A DNA stretch of 63,368 nt, filler included. It is 4 parts of 4 records of this genome, joined end to end, with 100 filler letters (N's around TTAATTAATTAA, not from the genome) between each part and the next. Parts side by side here need not be neighbours in the genome. Positions count along the whole stretch, not along the records: positions 16,275 to 40,327 come from SRR22947725_1766; positions 40,428 to 55,873 come from SRR22947725_1774; 2 more parts are not named here. The stretch is one strand, 5' to 3'. The notes under the pieces are model-generated. The model made no database searches and was not told the origin of the DNA. It saw nothing but the letters and a program-made list of their open reading frames with translations. The first letter of the stretch is position 1, and each line of letters begins with the position of its first letter. Both the position numbers and the translations under genes were made by a program. Positions 39,013 to 48,880 of this stretch are shown here, in pieces.

Positions 39013-40256
39013 AAAAATCATTCCTCACCCCCCTTCTTTTTTTCGTACTCTTTCAATTCAATTACGCGGAATCCAACTTCACCGATTCCCTCAACTGGCC
39101 CCAATGGCGCGGACCCAACCGCGATGGCTTTGTCCCCAAAGATTCACCTTGGCCCTCCACGATTGACGGGAAATACCTCACTCAGTCTTGGCAGGCAGAA
39201 TTAGGAAAAGGCTACCCAGGGCCTGTTCTGTCCGATCAATTGGTATTTACCGTCGAATCAGTCGAAGGGAGCGAAGTCGTACATGCCATAGATCGTAAAA
39301 CGGGGAAACCCGCCTGGAAATTCGAATGGGAGGGTCAAATGAAAGTCCCTTTCTTTGCCGCCAAAAATGGGAGTTGGGTACGGTCAACCCCGGCCTTTGA
39401 TGGAGAGAATTTATACGTCTGTGGAATGAGGGATGTTCTTCATTCCCTCAATGCGAAAACCGGAGAAGTTAATTGGAAAGTTGATTTTGTGGAGCGTTAC
39501 AAAACACCTCTCCCTGCTTTTGGTATGGTTTGTTCCCCGCTCATAGACGGAAAATATTTATATATCCAGGCGGGTTCCGGTTTTGTAAAACTCAATAAAA
39601 AAACCGGTCTATCGATTTGGCGTTCCCTGGTTGATAAAGGCGGAATGTTCGGCAGTGCATTCTCCTCTCCCGTAATGGAAGAAATAAACGGAAAAAAACA
39701 ATTGGTAGTTCAGACACGAACCGACCTGACCGGGGTGGATCCGGAATCCGGTCAGAAACTTTGGTCGCAACCAATCAAAGCATTTCGTGGAATGAATATT
39801 CTCACACCAAGTGTTTTAAATAATCAAATTTTTACCAGTAGTTACGGTGGAAAATCACTATTATTTGACATTCCAAAAGCGGGCAAAAAACAAAGTATTG
39901 TACAGAACTGGGAAAATAAGCAGGAAGGGTACATGTCCGGGCCGATTATTTTGGATGGGTATTGCTACATTCATCTTCGCAAACAACGGATTACCTGTCT
40001 CGACATGAAGAACGGAGAAACCAAATGGATAAGCAGTGAATCATTTGGCAAATATATGTCGATGGTTTCCAATGGAAAAGAAATTCTTGCCCTCGATGAA
40101 GACGGTACACTGTACCTAATCGATCCCAACCCTGAAAAATTTGTGATTAAAGAAAGCCGGAAAATTTCCGACTCCCCCACCTGGGCACACCTCGCGGTTT
40201 CAGGGAATCAATTATTTATCCGCGAAATTGAATCACTTGTTTGCTATAGTTGGTAA
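39009..40256 (+). CDS. PQQ-like beta-propeller repeat protein, secreted
   Basis: Signal peptide, WPQWRGPNRDG and TG...W repeats. Confidence 0.82.
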   Translation: MKKSFLTPLLFFVLFQFNYAESNFTDSLNWPQWRGPNRDGFVPKDSPWPSTIDGKYLTQSWQAELGKGYPGPVLSDQLVFTVESVEGSEVVHAIDRKTGKPAWKFEWEGQMKVPFFAAKNGSWVRSTPAFDGENLYVCGMRDVLHSLNAKTGEVNWKVDFVERYKTPLPAFGMVCSPLIDGKYLYIQAGSGFVKLNKKTGLSIWRSLVDKGGMFGSAFSSPVMEEINGKKQLVVQTRTDLTGVDPESGQKLWSQPIKAFRGMNILTPSVLNNQIFTSSYGGKSLLFDIPKAGKKQSIVQNWENKQEGYMSGPIILDGYCYIHLRKQRITCLDMKNGETKWISSESFGKYMSMVSNGKEILALDEDGTLYLIDPNPEKFVIKESRKISDSPTWAHLAVSGNQLFIREIESLVCYSW

Positions 40257-40267
40257 TCCAGCACTTT

Positions 40268-40327
40268 GTCATTGCTCGGAGGACGGCAACGGCAAGTCGA
40301 CGCGGTAATCCACTGCATGCAATGGAC
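40268..40327. repeat. Probable REP-like extragenic repeat, truncated at the contig end
   Basis: GTCATTGC...GACGCGGTAATCCA..TGGA is GC-rich relative to its flank and the assembly breaks here. Confidence 0.4.
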
Positions 40328-40427
40328 NNNNNNNNNNNNNNNNNNNNNNNNNNNNNNNNNNNNNNNNNNNNTTAATTAATTAANNNNNNNNNNNNNNNNN
40401 NNNNNNNNNNNNNNNNNNNNNNNNNNN
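40328..40427. other. Artificial contig linker
   Basis: N-run + TTAATTAATTAA + N-run. Confidence 0.98.
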
Positions 40428-41028
40428 GGTTGATTTCCAATGTGCTCCAATCCGTAAACAAAGAAGAAAAGCAGGCGGCACATATAGTACCTCCTATCGT
40501 TAAAAGTGAAAACACATTACGGTCATTAATTTGCCAATTCTTATACTTCCAGTCTCGGTAAGCCACCTGGCCAAATGCGAAGGCGAGTCCAGCCCCTTGC
40601 ATTAGCATAAATCCGATCCAAATATCACCACTTGGGAGTTCCTTTGCTTTGATAGTGCCAGCTCCTAAAACCGATAGAATTGCCACGAGTAGATAACGCC
40701 AAGAAAACTTTCGCTGACGAATATCGTTTATCAGAACAACATAAACAGGAGTTAAAATCGAAAAGATAGCGACTAGATGAGAGGGGATATAGTAAAATGC
40801 ACGCATATATAAACTGTACATTAATCCAAACTGGACTGCACCGTAGAGAATGAGACGCCCGCGGTCACGCACCGAAATGTCATGTGTTATGAGGAAGGGC
40901 AAGAATAGGAGGGATGCACATCCAAGCCGAATTGTGGCAACTATGTATGGATCAACTCCAGTTAAAGCATTTCCAATTAGGCCGAAGGAAAAGGCCCAGA
41001 TTATTGAGACTATAGCTAGATAAATCAT
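40428..41028 (-). CDS. EamA/DMT transporter, YigM/BioP (biotin transporter)-like, 3' truncated
   Basis: IWAFSF.L.G..L..VD.Y...IRL..A.L.FLPF, Q.G.MY, LTP.Y and FA.G.V.Y pattern, recalled as matching E. coli YigM. Confidence 0.75.
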
Positions 41029-41061
41029 TTACCCAGCCATTTACATACCATGCAAGCAAGT

Positions 41062-42966
41062 CTACCAATTGTAGGTTAAACCAAAGGAAAATTGATCTCC
41101 TTTTGGTGCAATCCCAGGAATTTCCTGAAAGCCTTTTTCCCATGGTTTTTCATAGGCTACAAAAAGTTCCAAATCCTTAAATCCTTTAGGGTAATAACTG
41201 GCTGCAAAATGACTAGAGGTATTTTGGCTGGGAGAGCCTTGTATAACTCTTATTATATTTTCTCTCTGTTGCCTCCATTCATTGTCAATTCTTACTTCAA
41301 TCGAATCAGAAGGGTTCCAAATTAAACCAAAAGTGGCTCGGTGCTCTGGATAATTTAATGCATAGAAACTTCCCCAGATTGATGAGTCGGAGTAATCTTC
41401 GTTTTTCTCAAGATAAGCATAACTACAAATTGCCTCTAGATTAGCCCATTCGCGAGAGGCAATGATTTCTAAGCCGAAGGTTGTTATGTCGACATGATTC
41501 GCTTTTCGGTAGGTTTCCCAGTCAATGTCATAGGTCCAATCTACCAAGTCATCATCCCAACGGTGAAAGATTGCTGTATTTAATTTCCATTTATTTCTGG
41601 TGATTTTGTATCCAGTTTCAAGGTTTTTAGAAACTGATCTACGAAGATCACGGGTACTTCTAAATGTACCAGAATTTGTTGGTCCACCAATTGCACCATA
41701 TCCTAAAACTTGGGTTGATTCAGAATAGGATAAGTAGATGTTTTCGGATCGTTTCTCATTTTCTATTCTAGTCCAACTTATTTCAGCAATAGGAGAAAGT
41801 CTTTGTTTATCCCTATTTGTATCGTCCCATGAAGCACCTGCTTTTAGAGTTATTTCTTCTTCATCACCAAGTGCATGTCTGTATTCAGGGACAAGTGAAA
41901 TTTTGTAGTATTGGCGGTCGGTAAAATCACCATTTTTTAGATTCCATGTCGGTTTCTCTAAGTACCCTCCAATCACTTTAGACTTGTCCATTTTATCGTA
42001 AGTGTACTGAGCAAAATGATTTAAAGAAAAGTTTTTGTTCAGGTTATGCTTTCCTGAAATAGCGAAACCATGGACTAAGCTCTGATGTCTTGCATCGTAA
42101 TGATAGATAGGCGGGTTTTTACGATCCAAGATGAAATGGTCAGATAGGCGTTTATAGAAACCTGAAACCTCAAAGTGACCTTCGTTGTAGTTTTGAAGGT
42201 GGTTAAAATTAAATAAACGAATCTGATAGTCTTCTGTTTCATAGTATTTACCTTTTGTTGAGTACATACCAGGCCAGCCATAAAACTTATCCTGATATCC
42301 AGCGAACAGATCGGTTTGCGAATCTGGGCCCAGTAATTGGATGCGCCCAGATGTACGATCAAAAGAGTGATCCCCGAAAGGAATGGTACCGTCACTCTCG
42401 GAACGTGAAGCTTCAATTTCCGCACCCCATGTCCAGTCCTTTGAATTTCCGTACGCCCCAGTCAGGGCGTGGTGAAGACGCTGAAAATTTAGGTTATGGT
42501 CACCACCTCCGATGGTCAGGCTACCCCCTTTGGTAATTTCACTCCAGGAGTAAGATACAGTTCCAGCATTACTATTAAAACCGCTTATCGCGTTATCTGC
42601 ACCAGTCAATGCTTTGGGTTCTCCCAGCATTTCTGGAGCCATAAGTAATTCAGTATTGTAGTGACCAGTTTGCGGATCAAGTATAGTAATACTTCCCACT
42701 TGAACGCCAGTTTCCTCAAAAGTTCCACCTCTTATGCTTATGTCCCCCTGTGCTTCTGTAATATTACGAACTTGCATGTCTACCCTTGGATCAAATTCTA
42801 AATTAGATATGGGCGTTTCATAAGTTGTAACAGGGCGCTGATTCGCTGTTTCCTGTCCCATCACCGTGAGGGCAGGCAATTCACTTGCGTTTCCTGGCTC
42901 TTGAGCGAAAGAATGTGAGTTCGTGAAATATGAAAAGTAAGCTAAAAAGGCAAAACGAATTAACAT
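41062..42966 (-). CDS. TonB-dependent outer-membrane receptor
   Basis: Signal peptide, plug motif DISIRGG.FE..G....DPQTGHYN and beta-barrel C-terminus FGLTYNW. Confidence 0.88.
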   Translation of the reverse strand: MLIRFAFLAYFSYFTNSHSFAQEPGNASELPALTVMGQETANQRPVTTYETPISNLEFDPRVDMQVRNITEAQGDISIRGGTFEETGVQVGSITILDPQTGHYNTELLMAPEMLGEPKALTGADNAISGFNSNAGTVSYSWSEITKGGSLTIGGGDHNLNFQRLHHALTGAYGNSKDWTWGAEIEASRSESDGTIPFGDHSFDRTSGRIQLLGPDSQTDLFAGYQDKFYGWPGMYSTKGKYYETEDYQIRLFNFNHLQNYNEGHFEVSGFYKRLSDHFILDRKNPPIYHYDARHQSLVHGFAISGKHNLNKNFSLNHFAQYTYDKMDKSKVIGGYLEKPTWNLKNGDFTDRQYYKISLVPEYRHALGDEEEITLKAGASWDDTNRDKQRLSPIAEISWTRIENEKRSENIYLSYSESTQVLGYGAIGGPTNSGTFRSTRDLRRSVSKNLETGYKITRNKWKLNTAIFHRWDDDLVDWTYDIDWETYRKANHVDITTFGLEIIASREWANLEAICSYAYLEKNEDYSDSSIWGSFYALNYPEHRATFGLIWNPSDSIEVRIDNEWRQQRENIIRVIQGSPSQNTSSHFAASYYPKGFKDLELFVAYEKPWEKGFQEIPGIAPKGDQFSFGLTYNW

Positions 42967-43001
42967 TTCTTATTAAAAGCACTTCCGTCAGATTTTTTCA
43001 A

Positions 43002-43033
43002 TCGTTAATTATACATATTATAATGGTTAACAA
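43002..43033. promoter_or_regulatory. Putative BirA-like operator upstream of the TonB receptor
   Basis: The minus strand reads TTGTTAACC-N14-AATTAACGA: one consensus-like half-site and one degenerate. Confidence 0.4.
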
Positions 43034-43168
43034 TTAAGATGGTTATACATTTCCCTTCATTGAATCATTGATGGAAATTGTTGGGGAGTATAAAATAAAT
43101 TTATAACTTCAAGTTTATTTCGGTCGCAAATTCTATCTTTATGGACATTTCAATGTAAAAACCACAAT

Positions 43169-43696
43169 TTGATAATTATAGTGAATTTCAAAGAAAAGCT
43201 GGATGTAGAAAATCGTGTGGAGGAGATTTTTTTTGCAGGGGGGTGTCTGTGGGGAGTGCAGGAGTTTATTAGGCATTTACCGGGTGTTGTTTCTACCGAA
43301 GCGGGAAGAGCTAATGGATCAGCCAGCACTACTAATACTGAATATGACGGCTATGCTGAATGTGTTCGAACTATTTTTGATCGAGCACAGGTAACGATGG
43401 AGCAGTTAATGGAATATTTTTTTGAGATTATTGATCCGTACAGTTTGAATAAGCAGGGTGAGGATATTGGGGAAAAGTACAGGACTGGAATATACAGCAG
43501 GAGGCAGGAACATCTTGATGCGGCCCATAATTTTATCACCTCTCTCGAAAATTCAAAATCAATACTTGTAGAAGTATTGCCTTTAAGTAATTTTATCCGG
43601 AGTGATGAAGAGCACCAAGATCGATTGCAAAAAAATCCTAAGGAAAAATGTCATATTCCAAAAAAACTCTTACATAAATACCGGATCAGAGTTTAA
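43169..43696 (+). CDS. msrA: Peptide methionine sulfoxide reductase A
   Basis: FAGGCLWG and QGEDIGEKYRTGIY motifs; C-terminal CHIP. Confidence 0.88.
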   Translation: MIIIVNFKEKLDVENRVEEIFFAGGCLWGVQEFIRHLPGVVSTEAGRANGSASTTNTEYDGYAECVRTIFDRAQVTMEQLMEYFFEIIDPYSLNKQGEDIGEKYRTGIYSRRQEHLDAAHNFITSLENSKSILVEVLPLSNFIRSDEEHQDRLQKNPKEKCHIPKKLLHKYRIRV

Positions 43697-43726
43697 TAAA
43701 TATTATTGGATTCCTTACTTTACTTG

Positions 43727-45658
43727 TTACAGATTCGGACCGAGCGGACAGGACAGTGCGCAGGCAATACCCCGGAGAATTTGAATTTCGATATCGGTGG
43801 TCTTTCCATCGTGGTCAATCGTTCGGGCACAGGCATCGATTAGAGATCGTTTTTCAGTCGCACTCATTTTGTTGAGTCGTTCGATCGCTTTGTCCATCGA
43901 GGATAGGCCACAATTCTGACTAGGAGGTAGTTTGATTTGCCCGCTTCGATCCAGGGCTTGCATACCGTGGTTAAAGGATGGTTGGGGGTCGGCCCCATCC
44001 TGTCCGTAGTGAGAGAGGGCACCAAGAATTACTGCACAATCTGAAAGCCGGCTGCGGATAGATGCACGGCCATGTAGTTGGCGAGGGTAGTGTTGTTTAC
44101 CAAAGTCAAACTCGATAACCTTGTGCAGGCACCATTCGAAAAGATCAATGCTTTCATCCGCTCCGATTAATTGGACTATTAATGTTTGGAATACAGAAAA
44201 TTGATTCATCGAAAGCTCGGCAATGGCGGGCCTTGATTCTTCCACTAAGACCAATTTTTGTTCGCAGGAAAGATTGGTGAGTAGGGGTTCGATTTTTTCA
44301 GTTTGATAGAGCGTTCCTTCCTCAGCTTGGTGTTCGATCATTTGGGCCTGTCGTTTTCTGGCGTCTAGATCTTTAATGTCGAGTAGCAAAGCAAATAGTA
44401 AACAGCGGGCACCAAATGGTTCCTTTGCCTGTTCGATCAGAGGTGCTGGGATAGAGGCAATTAAGGATCGTACCTGTGCCAGTTTTTCTTCGTCTATTTT
44501 TCCCTCGCTCTTGAGAAATGTCTGAGCCGAAGGAGTGTGCTCTTGTTGTTCCGTTCTAGTTTGGGTAGCAGTTTGGTTTACGGTTGTTTTCCCACTGGGA
44601 GAAGCTCCAGCAAATCCAGAAATCCCCGCCATTTCGCTGCCTTGGGATGCAATCTCGGAAATTTTATCAGTATTTGGGTATGAATTTTTCCAATTTGGAT
44701 CGATCCGTTTTATTCGAATAGGCAGCGGGGGGTGTGTGGCAAACATGCTACTTATACCGGAGCTGAAAAACATATGCGAAAATTCCTGAGCTCCAGCTGA
44801 TTGTAACTTAGACCCGTGAGAATATCCTCCAATTCGTTTGAGTGCACCGGCGATACCATCCGGATTACGGGTAAATTGCACTGCTGATGCATCGGCAAGG
44901 AATTCTCTTTGCCTGCTGATTGATGCTCGAATCATTGCTCCAAAGAAGCCCCCGATTCCACCAATGATCAGTAATCCTATTCCTAATATTACAAGGGCTC
45001 CTCCTCCGCTGTCTTTTCCGTTTCTTCTGCGCCCCCCTGAAACATAGGCAATGTTGGTAAGGATCCGCCCGATGCTGGATAAAAATACAATTCCGAAAAT
45101 AATACCGGTTAAGCGAATATTGATTCGCATATCCCCATTGAGAATATGGCTGAATTCATGTGCCATTACCCCCTGCAACTGGTCTCGGTTTAGTTTGGTG
45201 GCGCATCCCCGAGTTACTCCAATTACCGCATCCCTTGGAGAATAACCCGCCGCAAAAGCGTTAATTCCCTCTTCCTCCATTAAGTAAACCGGTGGTACGG
45301 GAGTACCGGATGCAATTGCCATTTCCTCGACGACATTAAGGACTTGTCGGGAGAGCGGATCTTTAGTGCTTTGGTTCAGTCTTTGTCCGCCCATTGATTC
45401 AGCAACCACTTTTCCCCCTGAGGAAAGCCAACTAATTCGGAAAGCACTGGCAAGAAATACTGCTATTATTGTGCTCACACTAGAGACTGCAGCTAATTCA
45501 AAGGTCCATGCTAATTCGGCTAGATTTTTTTCAAATCCAACCGCAACTGAGGCTAAACAGAAAATCGAAATGATTATACAGAGTACCGCAAACCCAAATA
45601 GTAAAAAAAGATACCCGCTAAGTCCACGGGCTTTGTCCTGCTGTTCAAAAAAATCCAT
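43727..45658 (-). CDS. M48 (HtpX-like) membrane zinc peptidase with C-terminal extension
   Basis: INAFAAG, HEFSH, SRQREFLAD and THPP motifs. Confidence 0.9.
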   Translation of the reverse strand: MDFFEQQDKARGLSGYLFLLFGFAVLCIIISIFCLASVAVGFEKNLAELAWTFELAAVSSVSTIIAVFLASAFRISWLSSGGKVVAESMGGQRLNQSTKDPLSRQVLNVVEEMAIASGTPVPPVYLMEEEGINAFAAGYSPRDAVIGVTRGCATKLNRDQLQGVMAHEFSHILNGDMRINIRLTGIIFGIVFLSSIGRILTNIAYVSGGRRRNGKDSGGGALVILGIGLLIIGGIGGFFGAMIRASISRQREFLADASAVQFTRNPDGIAGALKRIGGYSHGSKLQSAGAQEFSHMFFSSGISSMFATHPPLPIRIKRIDPNWKNSYPNTDKISEIASQGSEMAGISGFAGASPSGKTTVNQTATQTRTEQQEHTPSAQTFLKSEGKIDEEKLAQVRSLIASIPAPLIEQAKEPFGARCLLFALLLDIKDLDARKRQAQMIEHQAEEGTLYQTEKIEPLLTNLSCEQKLVLVEESRPAIAELSMNQFSVFQTLIVQLIGADESIDLFEWCLHKVIEFDFGKQHYPRQLHGRASIRSRLSDCAVILGALSHYGQDGADPQPSFNHGMQALDRSGQIKLPPSQNCGLSSMDKAIERLNKMSATEKRSLIDACARTIDHDGKTTDIEIQILRGIACALSCPLGPNL

Positions 45659-45685
45659 GTTGAACGGATCGGGTTTTCGATCCAG

Positions 45686-46279
45686 TTAGAATTGTACTTT
45701 CGGTGCTTCTTTAATCTTTTTGCTTTCGAATTCGAGGAGAGTGCCATCTTGACCATGACCAAACATACCCGCGAAAAAGACTGGAGGAAAGGTTTGTTTG
45801 TAGGTGTTGTAAGCTGTAACGGAGTCATTGAAAGCCTGCCTTGAAAATGCGACCTTGTTTTCAGTTGAACTGAGTTCTTCCTGTAAATTTGCCATATTCT
45901 GATTGGCTTTCAGATCTGGATAACTTTCCGACAATGCAAAGATGCGACCTAAAGCACCACCCAACATACCTTCGGCTCCCGCCAAACCGGCAATTGCAGT
46001 GGCATCCCCGGGATTTTGAGAAGCAGCCTGCAGGCTACTTTGTGCCTGATTACGGGCTTGTATGACCGCTTCTAAGGTTTCTTTTTCATGGGCCATGTAT
46101 CCCTTCACTGTCTCGATCAGGTTGGGAATGAGGTCATATCTCCTTTGCAATTGAACTTCAATTTGAGAGAAGGCGTTTTCAAAGCGGTTTTTAAGCGTGA
46201 CTAATTTGTTGTAGATCCCAACAACGATCATCACTAAGACGATTAAAACTCCGACGATAACAAGTGTGGTGATTAACAT
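45686..46279 (-). CDS. lemA: LemA family protein
   Basis: QRRYDLIPNL, ESYPDLKAN and TENKVAFSRQ motifs. Confidence 0.93.
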   Translation of the reverse strand: MLITTLVIVGVLIVLVMIVVGIYNKLVTLKNRFENAFSQIEVQLQRRYDLIPNLIETVKGYMAHEKETLEAVIQARNQAQSSLQAASQNPGDATAIAGLAGAEGMLGGALGRIFALSESYPDLKANQNMANLQEELSSTENKVAFSRQAFNDSVTAYNTYKQTFPPVFFAGMFGHGQDGTLLEFESKKIKEAPKVQF

Positions 46280-46693
46280 ATTAAGATAAGTTTATGATTA
46301 AGAAAGCAATAATTTTTAAGGATAGTTATAATACTCAACTTTGGTCAAGTTGCGATTTTACCACGGTAATAATTGAATACCTAGTAAACATAGATCATAA
46401 GAATGGTAATTTAAATTATAATTAATAACTTTATTTATAAAAGAGGGAATGTCGTTAACATTATGATAAACAAGGTAATTGAAGAAATGAATAAGAAGGA
46501 TAAGAAATTGTTTCTGCTCAACTAAAGGGAAGAGCCGGAAATGAATTTTAGTTGGATAATATCTAGAGTGCGTTAAACCTTTTATAAATCTAGCTCAATG
46601 GAATCTGCCAGAAATCGAAAAGTGAAAAAACTAAGCAGTCGCAATTTCGGCTAAAAGCATAAGAATTATAATTCATCTGACATAATTATAGTA

Positions 46694-48880
46694 ATGAAAA
46701 TCTTATTCCTTTCCTTTCTTTTTCTGAGTTTATTTTTAACAAGCTGGGCTAAAAAGCCTAATATTGTCTTTTTCTTTACTGATGATCAAACATCGAGTGC
46801 TTTGGGATGTTATGGACACCCGCTAGCCAAGACTCCCAATATTGACCGTTTAGCCGATGAGGGAACAAGGTTCGAGAATGCCTTTGTGAGTCAGTCAATT
46901 TGCTGGGTTAGTCGGACTACGATCCTAACCGGATTGACCGGGCGAAGTTATGGAGTTCCAGGAAACCATGATATGGCCAAACCTGAAGCGGTGGAGAAGC
47001 TTTATGTGGATTATTTGAGAGATGCCGGATACCGTACAGGGTTTGCTGGTAAGTGGCATGCGAAAATGCCCAAAGGGTGGAAAGCTCAGGATCATTTTGA
47101 TGAGTTTCATCCAATTGGTAGAAATCCGTTTTATAAAAAACAGGAGGATGGAACCCTTCGCCATGAGACGGAATTGATTGTGGATCGTGGAATCGAGTTT
47201 ATTGAAAATCAGCCCAAGGATAAACCGTTTGCTATAAATATGTGGTTTAATGCCTGCCATGCTGAAGATGGCGACCGGCGTCCTGGGATTGGACATTTTC
47301 CCTGGCCACGAGCGATGGATGGAATGTATGAAGAGGACGAGATTTCACCCCCCCGATTGAATGATCCTGAGATTTTTGAAAAACAACCGGACTTTTTAAA
47401 AACCACTATTAACCGAGAGCGTTTTTTTTGGCGTTGGAATACAGATGAGCGCTACCGAACTAATATGCGGGCTTACTTGCGAATGGTCAGTGGGATTGAT
47501 AATGCAATTGGCCGGTTTCTGAAAGCATTGGAAGAGCAGGGGTTAGCTGAAAATACCATTATTGTTTACACCGCAGATAATGGATATCACATGGGGAATC
47601 GGGGATTTGCCGGTAAATGGTCACACTATGAAGAATCACTCCGTGTTCCGATGGTGGTTTATGATCCACGGGTTAAAGGAAAAGTTCGTGGGCAGGTTCG
47701 GCAGGAATCGGTTTTGAATCTCGATCTTCCCTCCACTTTTCTTTCGTGGGCAGGGGTAAAAATTCCGAAAAGATATCAGGGCAAAACTTTTGCAAAATTA
47801 ATTTCTGAATCAAATCCATCCTCTTTGCGTAAATATACATTTCACGAACATTTTGCGGTTCGTCACCGAATTCCTGCATTCGAAGGGATGCGTGGTGAAC
47901 GATTTAAGTATGTCCGCTATGTGGATGAAAAAAATTATGAATTTTTACATGATTTAAAAAATGATCCAAATGAACTGATTAACTTGGCGAGCAATCCCAA
48001 ATACACAAAAACTCTGAAAGAAATGAGGGGAATGACGGATCAACGAGTTAAGGAATTGGGAGGCCCCTTATCTCCGATGAAAGAACTTCTTTCCCAGTCG
48101 ACCGATCCATATCCGGTTTCTGCTGCCAAGGTTGCGAACCGACCAGGTGAGGACGGTTTTGCCAGTCTGATTACTCCCGGGAACCGAATGCGAAATTGGT
48201 CTGGGGATTCAAAATACTGGTCTAAGAAAGATGGAGTACTCATTGGCCAAACGGATGGCACATTAAAGATGAATCATTTTATCACATGGAAAGCGGCTAC
48301 GGTCCGAAATTTTGACCTTCGTGTAAAGGTTCGGGTCACTGAAGGAGGAAATAGTGGTATTCAATACCGGGGAACTTCGCGACCGGATATCGGGTTGGAT
48401 GTGGTGACTGGTTATCAATGCGACGTGGTCGCCAATCAATCCAAATACAATGGAATGCTTTATGAAGAGAAGGGCAGGCGAATACTCTCACACACGGGAG
48501 AAAAAGTAATAGTGGATCATTACGGACAGCCCTGGGTTGTGGGTACTTTTTCAGTAAAAGAATTCAAGCCCGGTGAGTGGCATGAGTATCGAGTTCTGGT
48601 GGAAGGTAACCGTCACCGACACTGGATTGACGCTCACCCCACTGCAGATTTAATTGATTTGCATAAAGAGGGTAGGACCTTGGAGGGTGTTTTAGCGATG
48701 CAGGTACACAGGGGTCCATCTATGACTATTGAATTTAAGGAAATGCGAATCAAGCACCTTCCAGATGATCTCCCTTTGTTACAATTAAAAGATCATCGTA
48801 TTCCAATCGGTTCTTTAGGGGTTCGCCCGCAGGGCAAATTACCTGAAAATTGGAAGCCTCCGGTTTATAAGGAGAGATAA
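46694..48880 (+). CDS. Secreted S1 sulfatase fused to a C-terminal DUF1080 (3-keto-disaccharide hydrolase-like) domain
   Basis: PNIVFFFTDD, CWVSR..LTG, GKWH and DNG motifs; C-terminal GNSGIQYR, GYQCD and GVLAMQVH. Confidence 0.88.
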   Translation: MKILFLSFLFLSLFLTSWAKKPNIVFFFTDDQTSSALGCYGHPLAKTPNIDRLADEGTRFENAFVSQSICWVSRTTILTGLTGRSYGVPGNHDMAKPEAVEKLYVDYLRDAGYRTGFAGKWHAKMPKGWKAQDHFDEFHPIGRNPFYKKQEDGTLRHETELIVDRGIEFIENQPKDKPFAINMWFNACHAEDGDRRPGIGHFPWPRAMDGMYEEDEISPPRLNDPEIFEKQPDFLKTTINRERFFWRWNTDERYRTNMRAYLRMVSGIDNAIGRFLKALEEQGLAENTIIVYTADNGYHMGNRGFAGKWSHYEESLRVPMVVYDPRVKGKVRGQVRQESVLNLDLPSTFLSWAGVKIPKRYQGKTFAKLISESNPSSLRKYTFHEHFAVRHRIPAFEGMRGERFKYVRYVDEKNYEFLHDLKNDPNELINLASNPKYTKTLKEMRGMTDQRVKELGGPLSPMKELLSQSTDPYPVSAAKVANRPGEDGFASLITPGNRMRNWSGDSKYWSKKDGVLIGQTDGTLKMNHFITWKAATVRNFDLRVKVRVTEGGNSGIQYRGTSRPDIGLDVVTGYQCDVVANQSKYNGMLYEEKGRRILSHTGEKVIVDHYGQPWVVGTFSVKEFKPGEWHEYRVLVEGNRHRHWIDAHPTADLIDLHKEGRTLEGVLAMQVHRGPSMTIEFKEMRIKHLPDDLPLLQLKDHRIPIGSLGVRPQGKLPENWKPPVYKER

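Noticed and set aside
46280-46693. ncRNA or riboswitch in the 414-bp AT-rich intergenic region
   Set aside because: No convincing stems or conserved motif were seen; it is consistent with divergent promoters and possibly a decayed ORF.
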